Positions 12,901 to 25,760 of a stretch of 64,000 bases of DNA are shown in pieces. The notes below the pieces were generated by a model. The model was not told where the DNA came from. It saw only the letters and a list, made by a program, of their open reading frames with translations, and ran no database searches. A program made the translations under genes and the position numbers. The first letter of the stretch is position 1. Every line of letters begins with the position of its first letter. The stretch spans positions 434,001 through 498,000 of the forward strand of contig OZ025692.1 in assembly GCA_964019335.1 (NCBI GenBank), in the 5' to 3' direction. The stretch is from Diplonema japonicum. Lineage: Eukaryota > Protista > Euglenozoa: Diplonemea.

Positions 12901-15900
12901 CGCAGTCAGCGACAGCAGCAGTTGCTGAACCAGTGCCAGACCCTTCACACTCGCACTTCCAGTTATTGAGGGCCAGGGGGTTCGTGTCGGGATCCACACA
13001 GCGCTGCCCGCTTCTAGCACAAATCAGACCGTCTTGTAGGCACTCATCGAGGATACAGGGAGCAGGTTTGCCCTTCCTGGAACCTGCCTGCGGGAAAACG
13101 CACTGGCACATCCAGTCACCGTCCACTGCTGATGACGGGTCGTAACAAGTCTGCCCGGCGGCCGAACAGATATTATTATTGGCAATGCATTCGCCAGTCC
13201 ACGCGCAAGTAGCAACACCACCCCTCTGGGAGCCACTAGAAGAAAGGCCAACACAGTCGCACTGCCAGTCAGCAGTTCCAAGAGGGGTGACAGTAGGGTC
13301 ACGGCAAGTCTGACCGACATTGGTGCATGTCTTGCCGTTCTGTTTGCACTCATCTTTCAAACACGTTGCCGGCCTGCCGACCTGTCGGCCCTCCTGGTCT
13401 CCAACGCACACGCACTCCCAGTCACCGACGCGCGTGGTGTCGGGGTCACGGCAAGCCTGGCCTGCAGTCGAGCAAGTGACAGCGTTAGCAATGCACTCGC
13501 CAACATGGCTACAGGTAGCAATCTGCGCTCTGCTCGTGCCTGTCGCGGGGGCGAGGCACTGACACTCCCAGTCATTGAGGCTAGTCGGTAATTGTATGGG
13601 GTCGAAGCAGATCTGTCCAACGGCATTGCAAGTTGCAGCGTTTAAGATGCATTCATCAAGCACGCAGGTAGCAACCCTACCCGTCGCACGACCTGTCAGG
13701 TCACCGACGCAAACACATTCCCAGTCACCATTGCTGGAGGGGTTGGGGTCATTGCACGACTGTCCAGCAGCATTACACGTGGGGGCATTCGCTTCGCATT
13801 CTCCAACCTCCACACACGTGGCGGTGTTGCCCTGCTGCTGTCCCGTGGCACCCACGCAGTTGCAAACCCAGTCATTCAGCGATGAGGGGTCCCTCACCAG
13901 GTCCTGACACTCTTGTCCAACAGCATTGCAGACTTGCTTGTTGGCTATACACTCGTCGAGGATGCATACAGCCTGAGCGGCAACAGCTTCACCGACGCGG
14001 CTGCTTCCCTGGCACTTGCACATCCAATCACCCCTCGCCGCGGGGAGCTGGTTGGGATCCACACAGATTTGACTTACCGCGCTGCAAAGATCTCTCTGTT
14101 GCAGGCACTCGTCAATCATGCAGTTCTCAGCTATCCCACCGCTCTTCTTACCAGGGTTGGCAAGAGGGCTGTAGGAAACACATCGGCACTCCCAGTTGTC
14201 GCGCACGTTGGTCAACGGGTCGAAGCACGTTTGGCCTGCTCGGTTGCAGATTGTCGCACGCTGTTCGCACTCGTTTGTGTACGTGCACACGGCAGGTTTT
14301 GCAACTGCTCTGCCAACCCCTGTGCCACCGCCACCGCTGCAGTCGCATTCCCAGTTACCAGTCGATCCAGTTGCTTTGTTGGTGTCAATACAGACCTGCC
14401 CCACATTAGAGCAGACGGTGCCGTACAGGATGCACTCATCTAGCTCGCACTCAACTGACGTGTGAGAAGTCTGATCAATTTTGCTGTAGGGCCACACGCA
14501 CTGGCAGTAAGCATTGTTAGGGATACTCTCCTCAGGGTCGACACAAGTCTGTCCCTTAGCCCTGCACTGGGTGTTGTACAAATCCTGGCAGTCTTGCGGG
14601 AAAACACAAGTGGCTCTCTGTGCGACCATTTGGCCGGTGCCCGACCCTTGGCACAAGCAGTACCAGTCTCCGATTGTAGCAGCGCTCGTGTCAGGGTCAA
14701 TACACCTCTGACCCACCTCAGTGCATACAACGCCGTTCGCAAGACATTCATCCAAGATGCATGTCGCCACGCCACCAATTGTGAACCCGCCGTTCGCACC
14801 GCCACTGCACTGGCAACCCCAATCGTCGAGGCTGGTACTCTTCTTGTTCCTGTCAACGCAGATCTGGTTTGCGGCAGCACAGATATCGTTCTTCTCAATA
14901 CACTCATCGTGCTCGCAGTCGGTGGAATAGTTACCTGTCTTCTCACCTGTAGACTGACCAATGCACTTACACTTGAATGTGCTGCCATCAGGCTCACACG
15001 TCTGGCCGTGTGTGGTACAAATGTGAGAGTTCTCCGCACAAGAACCACTGAACGAGCATGAGGCGAACTTAGCCCTGGCAGCACCAATGGCTGGGGACGG
15101 ACAGACACAGGTCCAATCACCCGTCTTGCTCGGCACAGGGGTAGGGTCACTGCACAACTGCCCGTAGCTGGCACAGACAGACCAGTACTCATTGCATTCA
15201 TCATGCTGGCAGGTCGCTGGCAGCCCAACGCGAGAGCCGTTCTGAGGGGACACGCACATGCACATCCAGTCACCAGCGACATTAGGGTTGGGGTCGTAGC
15301 ACGTCTGCCCAGCGGTAGTACAAATCGATGATTTCTCGACACACTCACCTTGGAAGGCGCACAGTGCAGGCTTGGCAACAGCCTCGCCAACTGCAGGCGT
15401 CGCACATTGGCACATCCAGTCACCGGTGTTTCTAGGATCAGTGTTAGGGTCCAAGCACAGCTGCCCAGCCTTGCTGCAGATATGACGGTTTTCGTCACAT
15501 TCGTCAAGAATGCATGTTGCGGCATCGCCGACCTTTGACGTTAGCCTGTGCGGAGGCACACAAGAGCACTGCCAGGTGTTCCCACTGCCAAGCTGGTTGG
15601 GAGTAGGGTCGCGGCAAGTCTGGCCAGCAGAGGTGCATGTTGCAAAGTTCGTTCTGCAGCCGCCCTGCCACTGGCAGGTTGCTGTTGCGCGGAGAGCAAA
15701 CCCAGTGGCTGGTTCCACACAGTTGCAGGTCCAGTCGTCGAGACTCGAAGGCGCCATGTTGGGGTCATTGCACACTTGACCCACCGCAAGACAGGTGGCG
15801 CGGTTGACCTTGCACTCGTCGATGATGCACGTTGCAGGCATAGCAGATGCAGTACCTTCCGCGTCGGAACCTTGGCAGTTGCAGCTCCAGTCGCCCACGC

Positions 15901-18900
15901 TGTCGGGCGAATGGTTGGGGTCAACACACACTTGGCTGACTGTCGTGCATACTGCATTGTTAACAATGCACTCGTCAAGCAAGCAGCTCGCCGAAGTCCC
16001 AGTGGAGCGACCCTGCCCGATGAGGCACAGGCACTCCCAGTCGCCAGAGATGTTGATATCAGGGTCGTTGCACGTCTGTCCCTTCTCAGTGCAGGTTGAG
16101 TAACGTGTGACGCACTCGCCCTTCCACTGGCACACCGCAGGCTTCCCCACGGCAGAACCCACCTGCGGTTCAGGGCAGTTACACGTCCAGTCTCCAAGGT
16201 CCGTCGAGCCTTGGTTGGGGTCATTGCAGACCTGGCCGACAGCCGTGCACTCGGAAGCATGAATCAAGCACTCATCAAGAACACAAGCCGCGACCCTGCC
16301 AATGGCATCAGCACCAACCGATGGCGGAATACATCTGCACACCCAGTCGTTGCTCCGGGTGGAGACATCGAAGCAAGCCTGGCCCGCAGTTGCGCACGTA
16401 AGACTGTTCGCGATACATTCTCCTGTAGCCGTACATGTCGCCACAGTGGCGCGTGCTGAGCCGGTAGATGAGCCTGTACACATGCACTCCCAGCCGGACT
16501 TCGCAAGAGGCGACGTGTTGGGGTCACGGCATGACTGACCTGCGGCAAGGCAGATCTGCTGGTTGTCAACACACTCGTCAAGTACAGCAAGGTTTCTGAC
16601 AGGGATGAGCACTTCATTCTGGTTCCTGTACTCCTCGTCTGTGGACAGGAGCGAGTTCAGAATTACGTCGTATATGATGTCAGCGTCGTCCAGACCGTCG
16701 TCGACACCAGTGATGGTGATGGTCCTTTCGATGCTCCACGTGGCGGAGGTGAACAGGAGGTATTCGGGATTGGCCGCACCTTCCGTCTTATCGGTCACGT
16801 TGACGGTGAGCGACACACCTGCCTGCGGCTGGCTCCCTAGCTTTACGTAAATTCGTGTCGAAGTTCCATCCTCCGATGTCTCGAGTGTGTCGCTGCGCCA
16901 CACGAGGCCAGCGACGTCATCGTCAAGGTTCCTAACAACCATGTCGGGGGGGTTCACAATCGCGTTGTATATAAGATCGTTACTGACGCAAGGGGCAGTC
17001 AGCACGGTGTAGACTTGGGTACCGTCCGCAATATCATCGTTAACGGCAGTGACTGTCACTGTCTGGGGGGTGTTCCATGTTGCCGCAGAGAAAATCAGAC
17101 TGGCGGGAGTAACTAAGCCCTCTGTGGGATCTTCGCTCGACAGCCCGATAGTGACATCAGAGGTGGGGCTGCTGGTCAGTGAGATTTCGAACTCAGCAAT
17201 GCCCGCGAAGTAAGGAGTGTTTGCAGTGACACCTTCGGTGGTGGTGAGGCTCCCAGTGCAGTTGTCGTTGCATTTGCCTTCAGAGCCAAGCACAACGTGG
17301 TCGGTGCTGTTAACTTCCGTAGGGCACCAGTAGTCGCCACCCAGCACAGGCTGCGCACACGTTGTGTACATTACACCTTCAGAGATGAACGGGAAAATGC
17401 AACGCTTGCCGTGAACAAGGGGTGTTGCGGTGTTATCCACGTAGCAGCCACCGATGGTGGGACGGACCTTCGCGCCTGCGTAGTCGTCGTCCATGTTAAC
17501 GACAGAGACGGTGCTCATAGTGACCATCCCGCTGTATACCATGTCATCGCTCACCGCAGGGTCTAGGAAGATTTGGTACGGCTGGTTGCCGTCTGCGAAG
17601 GAGTCATCAACCCCAGTGATGTTGACGAACTGCCTCGTCTGCCAGTTGAACTGGTTGAAGATCAGAATTGAAGGGAAGACGGAACCCTCTGTGAGCTTGC
17701 TCGAGACAACTCCAATCTGGACAGGCCCCACGGGCTGGCTGCCGAGGTTGACGCTGAATAAGGCCATCCCACCTGCCTCAGTGGTCTCCAGGTTTACGAT
17801 GTCATAGACCAGAATCGATGCAGTATCGTCATCTGCGTTAGAAAGGCGTCGTGTCTGCGACTGGATGCTGCCGTAGATAGGGTCGATGCTGGCAATGCTG
17901 AAGGACACACTGTACGCGACATCACCGTCGTCAACATCGTCGTTGATACCGGTGATGGTCACTGTCTTGGGCTGGTCCCACATGGAAGGCACCCATTCCA
18001 ACACCAGCTGTGTGAGCTGCCCTGCCTGTCTTTGCTCGCTCACAAGACCCTCGCTTGGGTTACTTGTTGTCACAGTCACTCGCACAGGGTTCTCGGGCTG
18101 CGTCATGAGTTTGATGATAAATTCTTGCGCAGTGCCTGTCTCACTTGTTTCGTACACATTAGTCGCCGGTAAGTTGCCGTCAGGGTCACCCGGTGTGGTG
18201 ATGGACACACCAGCGGTATCATCGTCTTCGTTAACAACCACTACGTCGATAGGGTTGATCGAGTTGTAGTTCGCATCCTGCGAGATGGAGGGCAGCGTTT
18301 GGATGGTATAGGTAATGTCGCCGTCGTCGATGTTGTCGTCAACCCCAACGATGGTGACCGTGTACTCTGTGGTGATGGGCGCATTCTCAACGAAGACAAT
18401 GGTCGCTGCCTGCCCAGTGCCGAGGGCACCCTCTGTCGCGTCCCCTATCACGAGGTCGACGGAGACATTCTTTTCGGGAATGCTGTTCAGCGCGAACCTG
18501 AACGTCGCACTGGACCCAGACTCATGCGTCCTCAGCGTAGTGTCCAGCACCTTGATGCCCGGCTTGTCGATGTCAATGTTAGTCACGTTGACCTGTTGCT
18601 TGGGCAGCACCTTGTACTCCATATCAAAGGTGCTCGGGTCGTTGATGGCCACGTCGATGGAGACCAAAGGGTCCACGACCTCGATGATGTTGTCGGGCAT
18701 GCCCGTGATGGTGACGGTCTTTGGTGTCCTCCAGTCCATCTCATTGAACGCAAACGACAGCGGGCTCAAAGTTACCTCATCGGTGTCAGACGAAGGGTCC
18801 ACGCCCACCACGAAGTGGACCGAGGACTTCGGCTGTGTGCTCAAAACAACTGTGAAAGTAGTTGCGGTACCGTCTTCGGTCACGGAAAGGCCCGACTTGG

Positions 18901-21900
18901 GTGTCACTACGAAGCCAGCAACATCGTTGTCCGTATTCGTGAGCTGCAGGGATGGCTTCGACATCCCCGAGTAGACAGGGTCGAGACTAACAGCAGGGCG
19001 CACATCCACCGTGTACAGGACATCACCATCATCAATGAAATCGTCAACACCAGTGATGGTAAGAGTCTGCGTAGTGCTCCAGTCGAGCGACGTAAAAGTC
19101 ATGCTTACAGGGAACACAGTGCCCTCCTTGTCGTTCTGACTCTCGAAGGTGACGAGAACGTTAGCGAGAGGCTCACTTGTGAGAGAGACGGTGAACTCAG
19201 CAGTGTCACCAAGCTCGGAAGTTGCAGACATCATACTCATGCCCGTTGAGCCCGAGATGAAGATGCCTGCCGTGTCATCGTTGGTGTTCAAGCATGGCAC
19301 ATCGTTGGGGTCTAGGCCGTTGTACTTCTGGTCGACACTCATGACAGGTCCTACCTGCACAAGGTAACCGATATCACCGTCTTGGATATCGTCAGAGGCA
19401 CCTGTCACCGTCACACGCTGTGTGATATTCCAGGTGTTGGGGAAGAAGACAAGCGAGCCCGGACTAGTGGTACCCTCCGTAACGTCGTTGGATGTAACGT
19501 GCACTGTAACCTGGTCAGTGGGCTGCGTAGCAAGTACCACGTCAAAGTAGTTGGTCTCCTGTGCCTCAGATGTGATCAACTCCCCTGCGGGGCCCAACTT
19601 CACGGCGGGATCAATAACAACGGTGGGAACAGTCACGATAACCTCGGCGGTGTCATTGTCCTCGTTTCTGATGAGCACACCCGGGTGGAACAAGCCACTG
19701 TACGGTGCATCTATGGAGGTCACGGGTCCGATGGTCAGGTTGTACGTCTGGTCGTCGTCGTCAATGTAATCATCGACACCAGTAACGGTCACCGTTTGTA
19801 GTGTGTTCCAAGGGCGGCCGTTTGTGTTGTCGGTATCGAACTGCAACGTCAGAATCTCTGAAGGCACTAAGTTCCTTGCGTCCGACAGCAGACCTTCCGT
19901 GGGGTCAGACCTTATCTTCACATACACCGGGTTGACGGGCTTTGTGAGCAACTTGACCAGAACTTCACCAGTCGTCCCGATTTCAGAAGTCACGATGCCC
20001 GTCACAGGTGAGATGTCAAGCCCGGCCGTGTCCTCGTCAATGTTGGTAGCGTTGATGAAGATACCAGGCGCAGGAGGCCATGACATGTAGTTGGGGTCGG
20101 TGCTCCCGCAGTCGGTGATGATGATGTTGTACGGCTGGTCACCGTCGTCTATCCAGTCGTGGGTCCCGTTTACTTCGATGATCTTGCGCCTGTTCCAATT
20201 AGTGCTGTCGAACTCGAGGATTTTCGTGGCAGGGACCTGGATGTCCGCCTCCGTTGTGTCATCGGTGTTCACGCAAAACCTGACGACGGTGCCCACAGCG
20301 GGGATGCTCGTGAGCGTGATGTCGATCTTCTCGTTACCACAGGAGCTCATGCAACCCATGCCGAGCGGTGCACCCAGCTCCTTCGTGATGATCGAGTGGT
20401 TCGGGGAAAGCCAGATACCCGGCTTGTCATCGTCAAGATTGATAATCGACACATCGACCGGGTTCTGGTTGTTGTAGTTCGGGTCGGTGCTCACAGCGCT
20501 TGCCAAGTCGATGGTGTAGGCGATGTCGCCATCCTGCAGAGTGTCGTCGACACCGGACACAGTGATGAGCTGCTTGGAGTTCCATGTGATATTTGTGAAA
20601 ACGAGCTGTGTCAGCCCCACCTGGAGGATGCCCTCCGAGGTATCCTGCGACGTGATTCCAATAGTGACATCACCAGTGGGCTGCGAAGTGAGCACAACAG
20701 TGAAGGAGGTTGTCCCCAAGTTGCGCTCAGTTGTGGTCAGTCCCGAACTGGGCTCCACGAGAATGTCGGCAACATCATTATCCACGTTGAGCACCGTGAC
20801 GTTCGAGGCGTCGAGGCCAGAGTACTTGGCGTCTGTCGACACAGCGGGGTGGGTCCTGATGATGAATGTCTGATTCCCATCAGCAACGAACTCATCGACA
20901 CCACTGACAGTGAAGGTGCGCACGATGTCCCAGTTGGAGGCGGTGAATCTCACGTTGAGCGGTGTGACGGAGCCCTCAGTGATTTCCAGGGAGGAAACAT
21001 CGAGGCTCACGTCCGCCACGGGCTGCGAATTGAGAACAATAGTAAAGGTGTCGGAACCGCCCTCCTCGCTTGTGATGAGACCAGACGTAGGCGCCACAGT
21101 GATGCCGGCTGTGTCGTTGTCCGCATTTGTTACCCGCACGTCCGTAGTGCTGAGCCCGTCGTAGACAAGGTCGCCACTGATGAGCACGATAGTTACATTG
21201 AAGCCCACGTCGTCATCGTCGATGAAGTCATCGACACCCGTCACGGTGATTGTCTGTGGCGTACTCCAGGTCAGCGATGTGAATAACAAGCTGGATGGGG
21301 AGGTCGACCCTTCCAAGGGGTTCCTGCTGATGCCCTGCACCGTAACGTCTGACGTGGGCTCTGACAGCAGCACCACAGTGAACTCACCGCTGTTCCCTGT
21401 CTCCGAAACAGTAAGAGCAGTCGGTGTAACGAAGATGCCTGCCGTGTCGTCGTCGATGTTCGTGAAGTACGCGTCGTCGGGGTTCACGTTGTTGTACATG
21501 GGGTCCAGACTGGTGATGACAGACGTGACTGCTGTGAACGCCACGTTACCGTCGTCGATGAGGTCGTCGACACCTGTGAGGGTCACTACTGCGGGGACAT
21601 TCCATGTGGCCGCAGAGAAGGACAGAACAGTGGGTGCGATGAGACCTTCAGTCGTATCCGACGACGAGAGCATGATGGTGACGGCAGACGTGGGTTCACT
21701 GTTCAACACAACAGAGAAGGTTGCGGTGCCCCCTGCCTCAGTTGTCTGGCTTGTGATTGCAGTGACGGTAATTCCCACCTGGTCATTGTCGATGCACCTG
21801 ACGCTGACGTCAGGGGGGTTGTGCGTGTTGTAGTTAGCATCTGTGCTCACTGCCGCGGAGGTCATGATGGTGAAGGAGATGTCGCCGTCGTCGATGAACT

Positions 21901-24900
21901 CGTCAACACCTGAGATAGTGACCGTCTGCGGGACATCCCACGTGGTGGGCGTGAAAACCATTGGAATAGGCGTAGCGGTCGGTCCTACGGCGCCAACGGT
22001 CAGGAGACCTTCTGTGGTGTCCGAACTCGTCACTGTCATCGTCACCTGAGCGAGCGGCTGACTGCGTAGCACAACTGTGAACTCAGCCTTAGCGCCCGAA
22101 GCGTCCTCGAAGATCGTCAGTGCTGTGGCCCCAACAGGCAGAAGCGTAACTACAATATCCCTCACGTCGTCATCAGCGTTCGTGACTAGCACGTCGTTAG
22201 GGCTGAACTTCAGGAACTCTGCATCGCCGGAGACGGCCATGTTGACCGCGTAGTCGATGTCACCGTCGGCGACGTCGTCGTCGATGCCCTTCACGGTCAC
22301 TGTCTGAGGAACGGCCCACGTAGTTGGTGAGAAGATAAGCTGTGAGGGATCGACGTTACCCTCCGTCACGTCGCTGCTTGTGACGTCGATGGTGACATCA
22401 ACTGTTGGCTGCCCGATGAGGACAACTGTGTAAGTCGCTGAACCGCCTGCCTCTGTGGTCTGGAGCCTTACACCGCTTGGCGTGGTGATCACACCCACAC
22501 AGCACGTCGTGTCGCTGCAGCTCGGGATATCTCTACCAGCGCACTTGATAGAATTGGCAGCACCGCGCAGCTCGAAGGTGTTCGTGCATGTGTACCAACC
22601 ACATGAAGCGTGGCACTCGTGAGTCCACACGTTCAGTGTCGTGTCGTAGTTCACAGCAGGTATCGGCACAAAGGCGGCACGGCAGTTGCAAGTGCCTGGC
22701 ACCTCTGCGTTGGTCGGGCATGGCACGGCATTGCAAGTAAGTGCAGTCCAGCTGCCAGTAACGCCATCGCATCTCGTTTGGCAAGGTGTTGCAGAGCAGA
22801 CAAACCCAGTCTTGCATACGACGGTGAAGGTGTCGTCGGTGAAGCCGGTGATGACACCGGTTGCTTCGTGTGCAACAGAGTTCGGTATCATAGTGTTGGG
22901 GTTGCACGGCTGAGCGGTGCACGTCGGTTGGTCCCACGTGCCATCGGGTCTGCAGGTCGCAGTACCAAAGGTTGCGATGTACCCAGGGTTGCAGTCCACC
23001 ATGACAGCGTCACCTGTGTTGCCGTTCAGAGCACCTGCGGTGGAGTACAGAACAGAGTTCAAGATCTGCGTGGGCGTGCATGCGTCGGGCACGCACATGC
23101 CGTTCCATGCTGTGCCTGTCCAAGTCAAGGTACCCGTGTATCCAGTGAGACACACACACTGCCCAGGGATGGCGGTGGTGCCTGCATTCACCGGGCAGGG
23201 TTGAAGGTCGCAGCTCGCACCGCTGACATCGTAAGTAGGAGAGCAGATAAGGTTAATAGTCGTAGTACCCACCAGTCTGTACCCCGATCTGCATACTGGG
23301 GTGCACATCCCTCCGGTCTGCTGGCCAGTGCACGAAGCGTACCCAGTAGCAGGGTCAGCGTTGGGGTCAGGAGTAGTAGGTCCCGTGCAGGTGGTGGGCA
23401 CACAGGTGACGCCAGTGGCATCGTATTGCTCTGCATTGCACAGCAGCGCGAAAGTCCCACCAGTGATCGTGTAACCAAGGTTGCAGACGGGAGTGCAAGT
23501 GTCTGCCGTCTTCTGGATGTTGCAGCTGGCGTAGTCGGCATTAGGGTCAAGGGCCATGCTGGGGCCCATGGTGCAAGTGTTGGCCACGCACGCGGCAGTT
23601 GACACGAAGACACCAGCAGCATTGCAGTTCAGAATCTCCGAACTGACCGTGACGGTGTAGCCAGCGTCGCAGGAGGGGAAGCATGTGTTCCCAGTAACTA
23701 ACCCGTTACACGCCGCGTAGTTCGGTCCGATAGGCACGGCAGCAGGTGCCACGCACACGTTGGGCGTGCAGCATGTCGGGATATCGCACGATGGGGCAGT
23801 TGTCCCAGAACATTTCACTGTAGTAGGGGCAGCAATGTCGGTGTACCCAGCAACGCAGGGGATGAACAATTGGCACGACGCAAGGCACTCATGGGTCCAC
23901 CTGTTATTGGCAGCGTCCCAAACCTCGGCGGCACCGTCCAGAAGGAAGTTAACGTTGCATGCAGTCGTTGTGTGTGTTGTGGCAACAGTCCCGTCACCGC
24001 AGGTTGTGTCAGCGCCCATGTCGAGGGTGTTTGCCTGGCGTGCGTTGACAGGGCACGCTGCAGCATTGCACACGAGCGGGCCACTTCCGTCCACAAACTG
24101 GTTAGCAGCATCGCACGACAGAATAAAGCTCCTCGTGCTGATCATGTCCCAGATGAAACCCTGCTGGCAGACAAGGTCGCACGTGTCGCCCGTCTTCTGC
24201 ACCAAGCAGGTTGTGTAATCAGCAGTTGCGATGGGCACAGTCGCACCTCCACCACAAGTGTTGGGGGGGCAAGAGTGCGTCCATGAAGGCGTGGCAAATG
24301 TAGGAGCGACACCGGCACCGAAGCCGGCGTTACAGGCACAGGTGCCTGCCGTTGCGGCATTCGTCGGGCATGCTGCGGCAACGCAGTTTACCGCGGCAAC
24401 CCAGTTACCAGCAGCAGTGCAGGACATCGTGAAGGGGGATGACAGGAAGTACCCAACATTGCAAGGGGGCGTGCAGAGTTCACCAGTTTTACGGTTCAAG
24501 CAAGAGGCGTAGGCGTCGGACACCTGCGGATCAAGGGGAGCAGGCGCGAGGGTGCAGGTGCTGGCTTCGCAGACGAAAGCAGTGGCATCAATGAGGAAAC
24601 CGGCGCTGCAGATCAGAGGCATGGGGAGAACGACGGTGGCAGCAGGTTGGTAGCCAACTCTGCATGTGGGTGTGCAAGTCGCACCTGTGGCAAGCGCCGT
24701 GCACGCTGCGAAGGAGTCGGCGTTGGGGTCGAGAGTCGCGGGGTCGGGACCATTAGTGCACGGGTTTGCTGTGCAGGTGTGGGTGAAAGCGCCTGCAGCG
24801 ACAGTGGGTGTGCCGGTGAAACCAGGCTGGCAAGAACAGTCGCCCGCAACCATGTTGCTGTTGGCGATGGCGCAGGCGATGGCGTCGCAGGTGGCACCGC

Positions 24901-25297
24901 TGGCGTCGAACTGGAGCGATGGGAAGACACAAACGAGGGCGAAACCAGCAGGGGGGTTGAGGACGTAGCCAGTAGCACACGTTGGTACACACGTGTCGCC
25001 GCTGTTCTGGGTGGCAGCTTGGCACGAAGCGTAGTTGGCGTTCGGATCAGCACCGCCACTGGCCCCTCCAGTGCATGTGTTCCCGTTGCAACACCTTTGG
25101 TTGTTGTTAGCATTGTTCGTGTCACAGAGCTGCGCCCCACCAGGGGTACATGCAGCGCACGTCCCGTCACAGCACGCGCATGTTATCGCTGCAGGCGTCC
25201 CTTTCGTTGTGAACCCTGCAGGGCACGTGTAGCCACCACAATTGCTAGCAGCGGCTAAGCTCATCAAGGCTGACAGCGCAGCCAACCTGAGCCACAT
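5811..25297 (-). CDS. Giant type I membrane protein (~6452 aa), putative adhesin/receptor; exons 25297-8309, 8267-7239, 7193-6978, 6935-5811
   Basis: Signal peptide MWLRLAALSALMSLAAA. Three consecutive ORFs join in frame via GT-AG introns (DDIR|GDW, TTIR|MGL, REL|LLSG). Cys-rich, beta-sandwich and EGF-like repeat regions; TM helix LGVCIVIIGGIVLAVILLLLLLY (~6267-6335); P/S/Y-rich tail. Confidence 0.9.
6936..6977 (-). other. Predicted 42-nt intron, GTATTAC-(A)32-CAG
   Basis: GT donor and CAG acceptor bracket a pure poly-A run that otherwise translates as VLQK10Q inside an extracellular domain; phase 0, length divisible by 3. Confidence 0.75.
7194..7238 (-). other. Predicted 45-nt intron
   Basis: AGG|GTATGC...ACTACTAG|ATG joins ORF 7194-8306 to ORF 5811-7193 in frame. 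Confidence 0.85.
7270..16585 (-). repeat. Array of roughly 65 six-Cys EGF-like protein repeats (~45 aa each)
   Basis: Consensus (D/G)EC-x5-6-C-x3-GQ-x-C-x-DP-x6-8-DW-x-C-x-C-x~13-C recurring over ~3100 aa; the count is estimated from length. Confidence 0.85.
8268..8308 (-). other. Predicted 41-nt intron
   Basis: AGG|GTATGC...TTTCACAG|GGT restores the repeat consensus DP......GDWxCxC across a frame change. Confidence 0.9.
16590..22490 (-). repeat. 16 tandem Calx-beta/cadherin-like beta-sandwich repeats (~110-120 aa)
   Basis: Consensus TTE.G...F.V.L.SQP...V........EG...P..L.F....W...QTVT..GVDD...DG, counted 16 times by the TxE and GVDD-like motifs; acidic DDxxxDG and NxDDD motifs suggest Ca2+ binding. 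Confidence 0.8.
17258..17446 (-). other. Fibronectin type II-like domain within the giant protein
   Basis: GKRCIFPFISEGVMYTTC...WCPT...GKC matches the FN2 signature CxFPFxxxGxxYxxC...WCxT...G.C. Confidence 0.75.
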
Positions 25298-25353
25298 TGT
25301 ATTTTCTATTGTCTTGTTTTCTCTTCTTTTTTTTTTTTTAAGTTTTCCTTCTC

Positions 25354-25382
25354 CTGCGGGTGGTGTTGTCAGGGCAACGCGA

Positions 25383-25424
<42 letters not shown>
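25354..25424 (-). promoter_or_regulatory. Candidate trans-splice acceptor upstream of the giant gene
   Basis: Minus strand has a ~40-nt poly-T, then ACAACACCACCCGCAG (AG at 25355-25354), then a ~56-nt A-rich leader to the ATG. Confidence 0.5.
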
Positions 25425-25425
<1 letters not shown>

Positions 25426-25562
25426 AGTATCGTTAATACAAAAAAAAGGGGGGAACTAAAATAATTTTGGTGACTTTGACTAAATGTAAACAAGGGTGGG
25501 GGGGATTTCCTTTTTCTTTTCTCTTAACCGTTTGCTAAACGAAGGTACACAATAGAACAGAA

Positions 25563-25603
<41 letters not shown>

Positions 25604-25760
25604 GCTTTCTACTTTTTTTTTCTCCCTTTTCTTCCGGGCATTTTTTGGTTTTCAAAGGATTTTAAAAAAAGCAATAAAAAAGTTACGTGTAGGTTAGGGG
25701 GGGGGAATCACCAACAAAATAACATGAAAAAAGAAAAGGAGTTAAACACAAAACAGAAGT

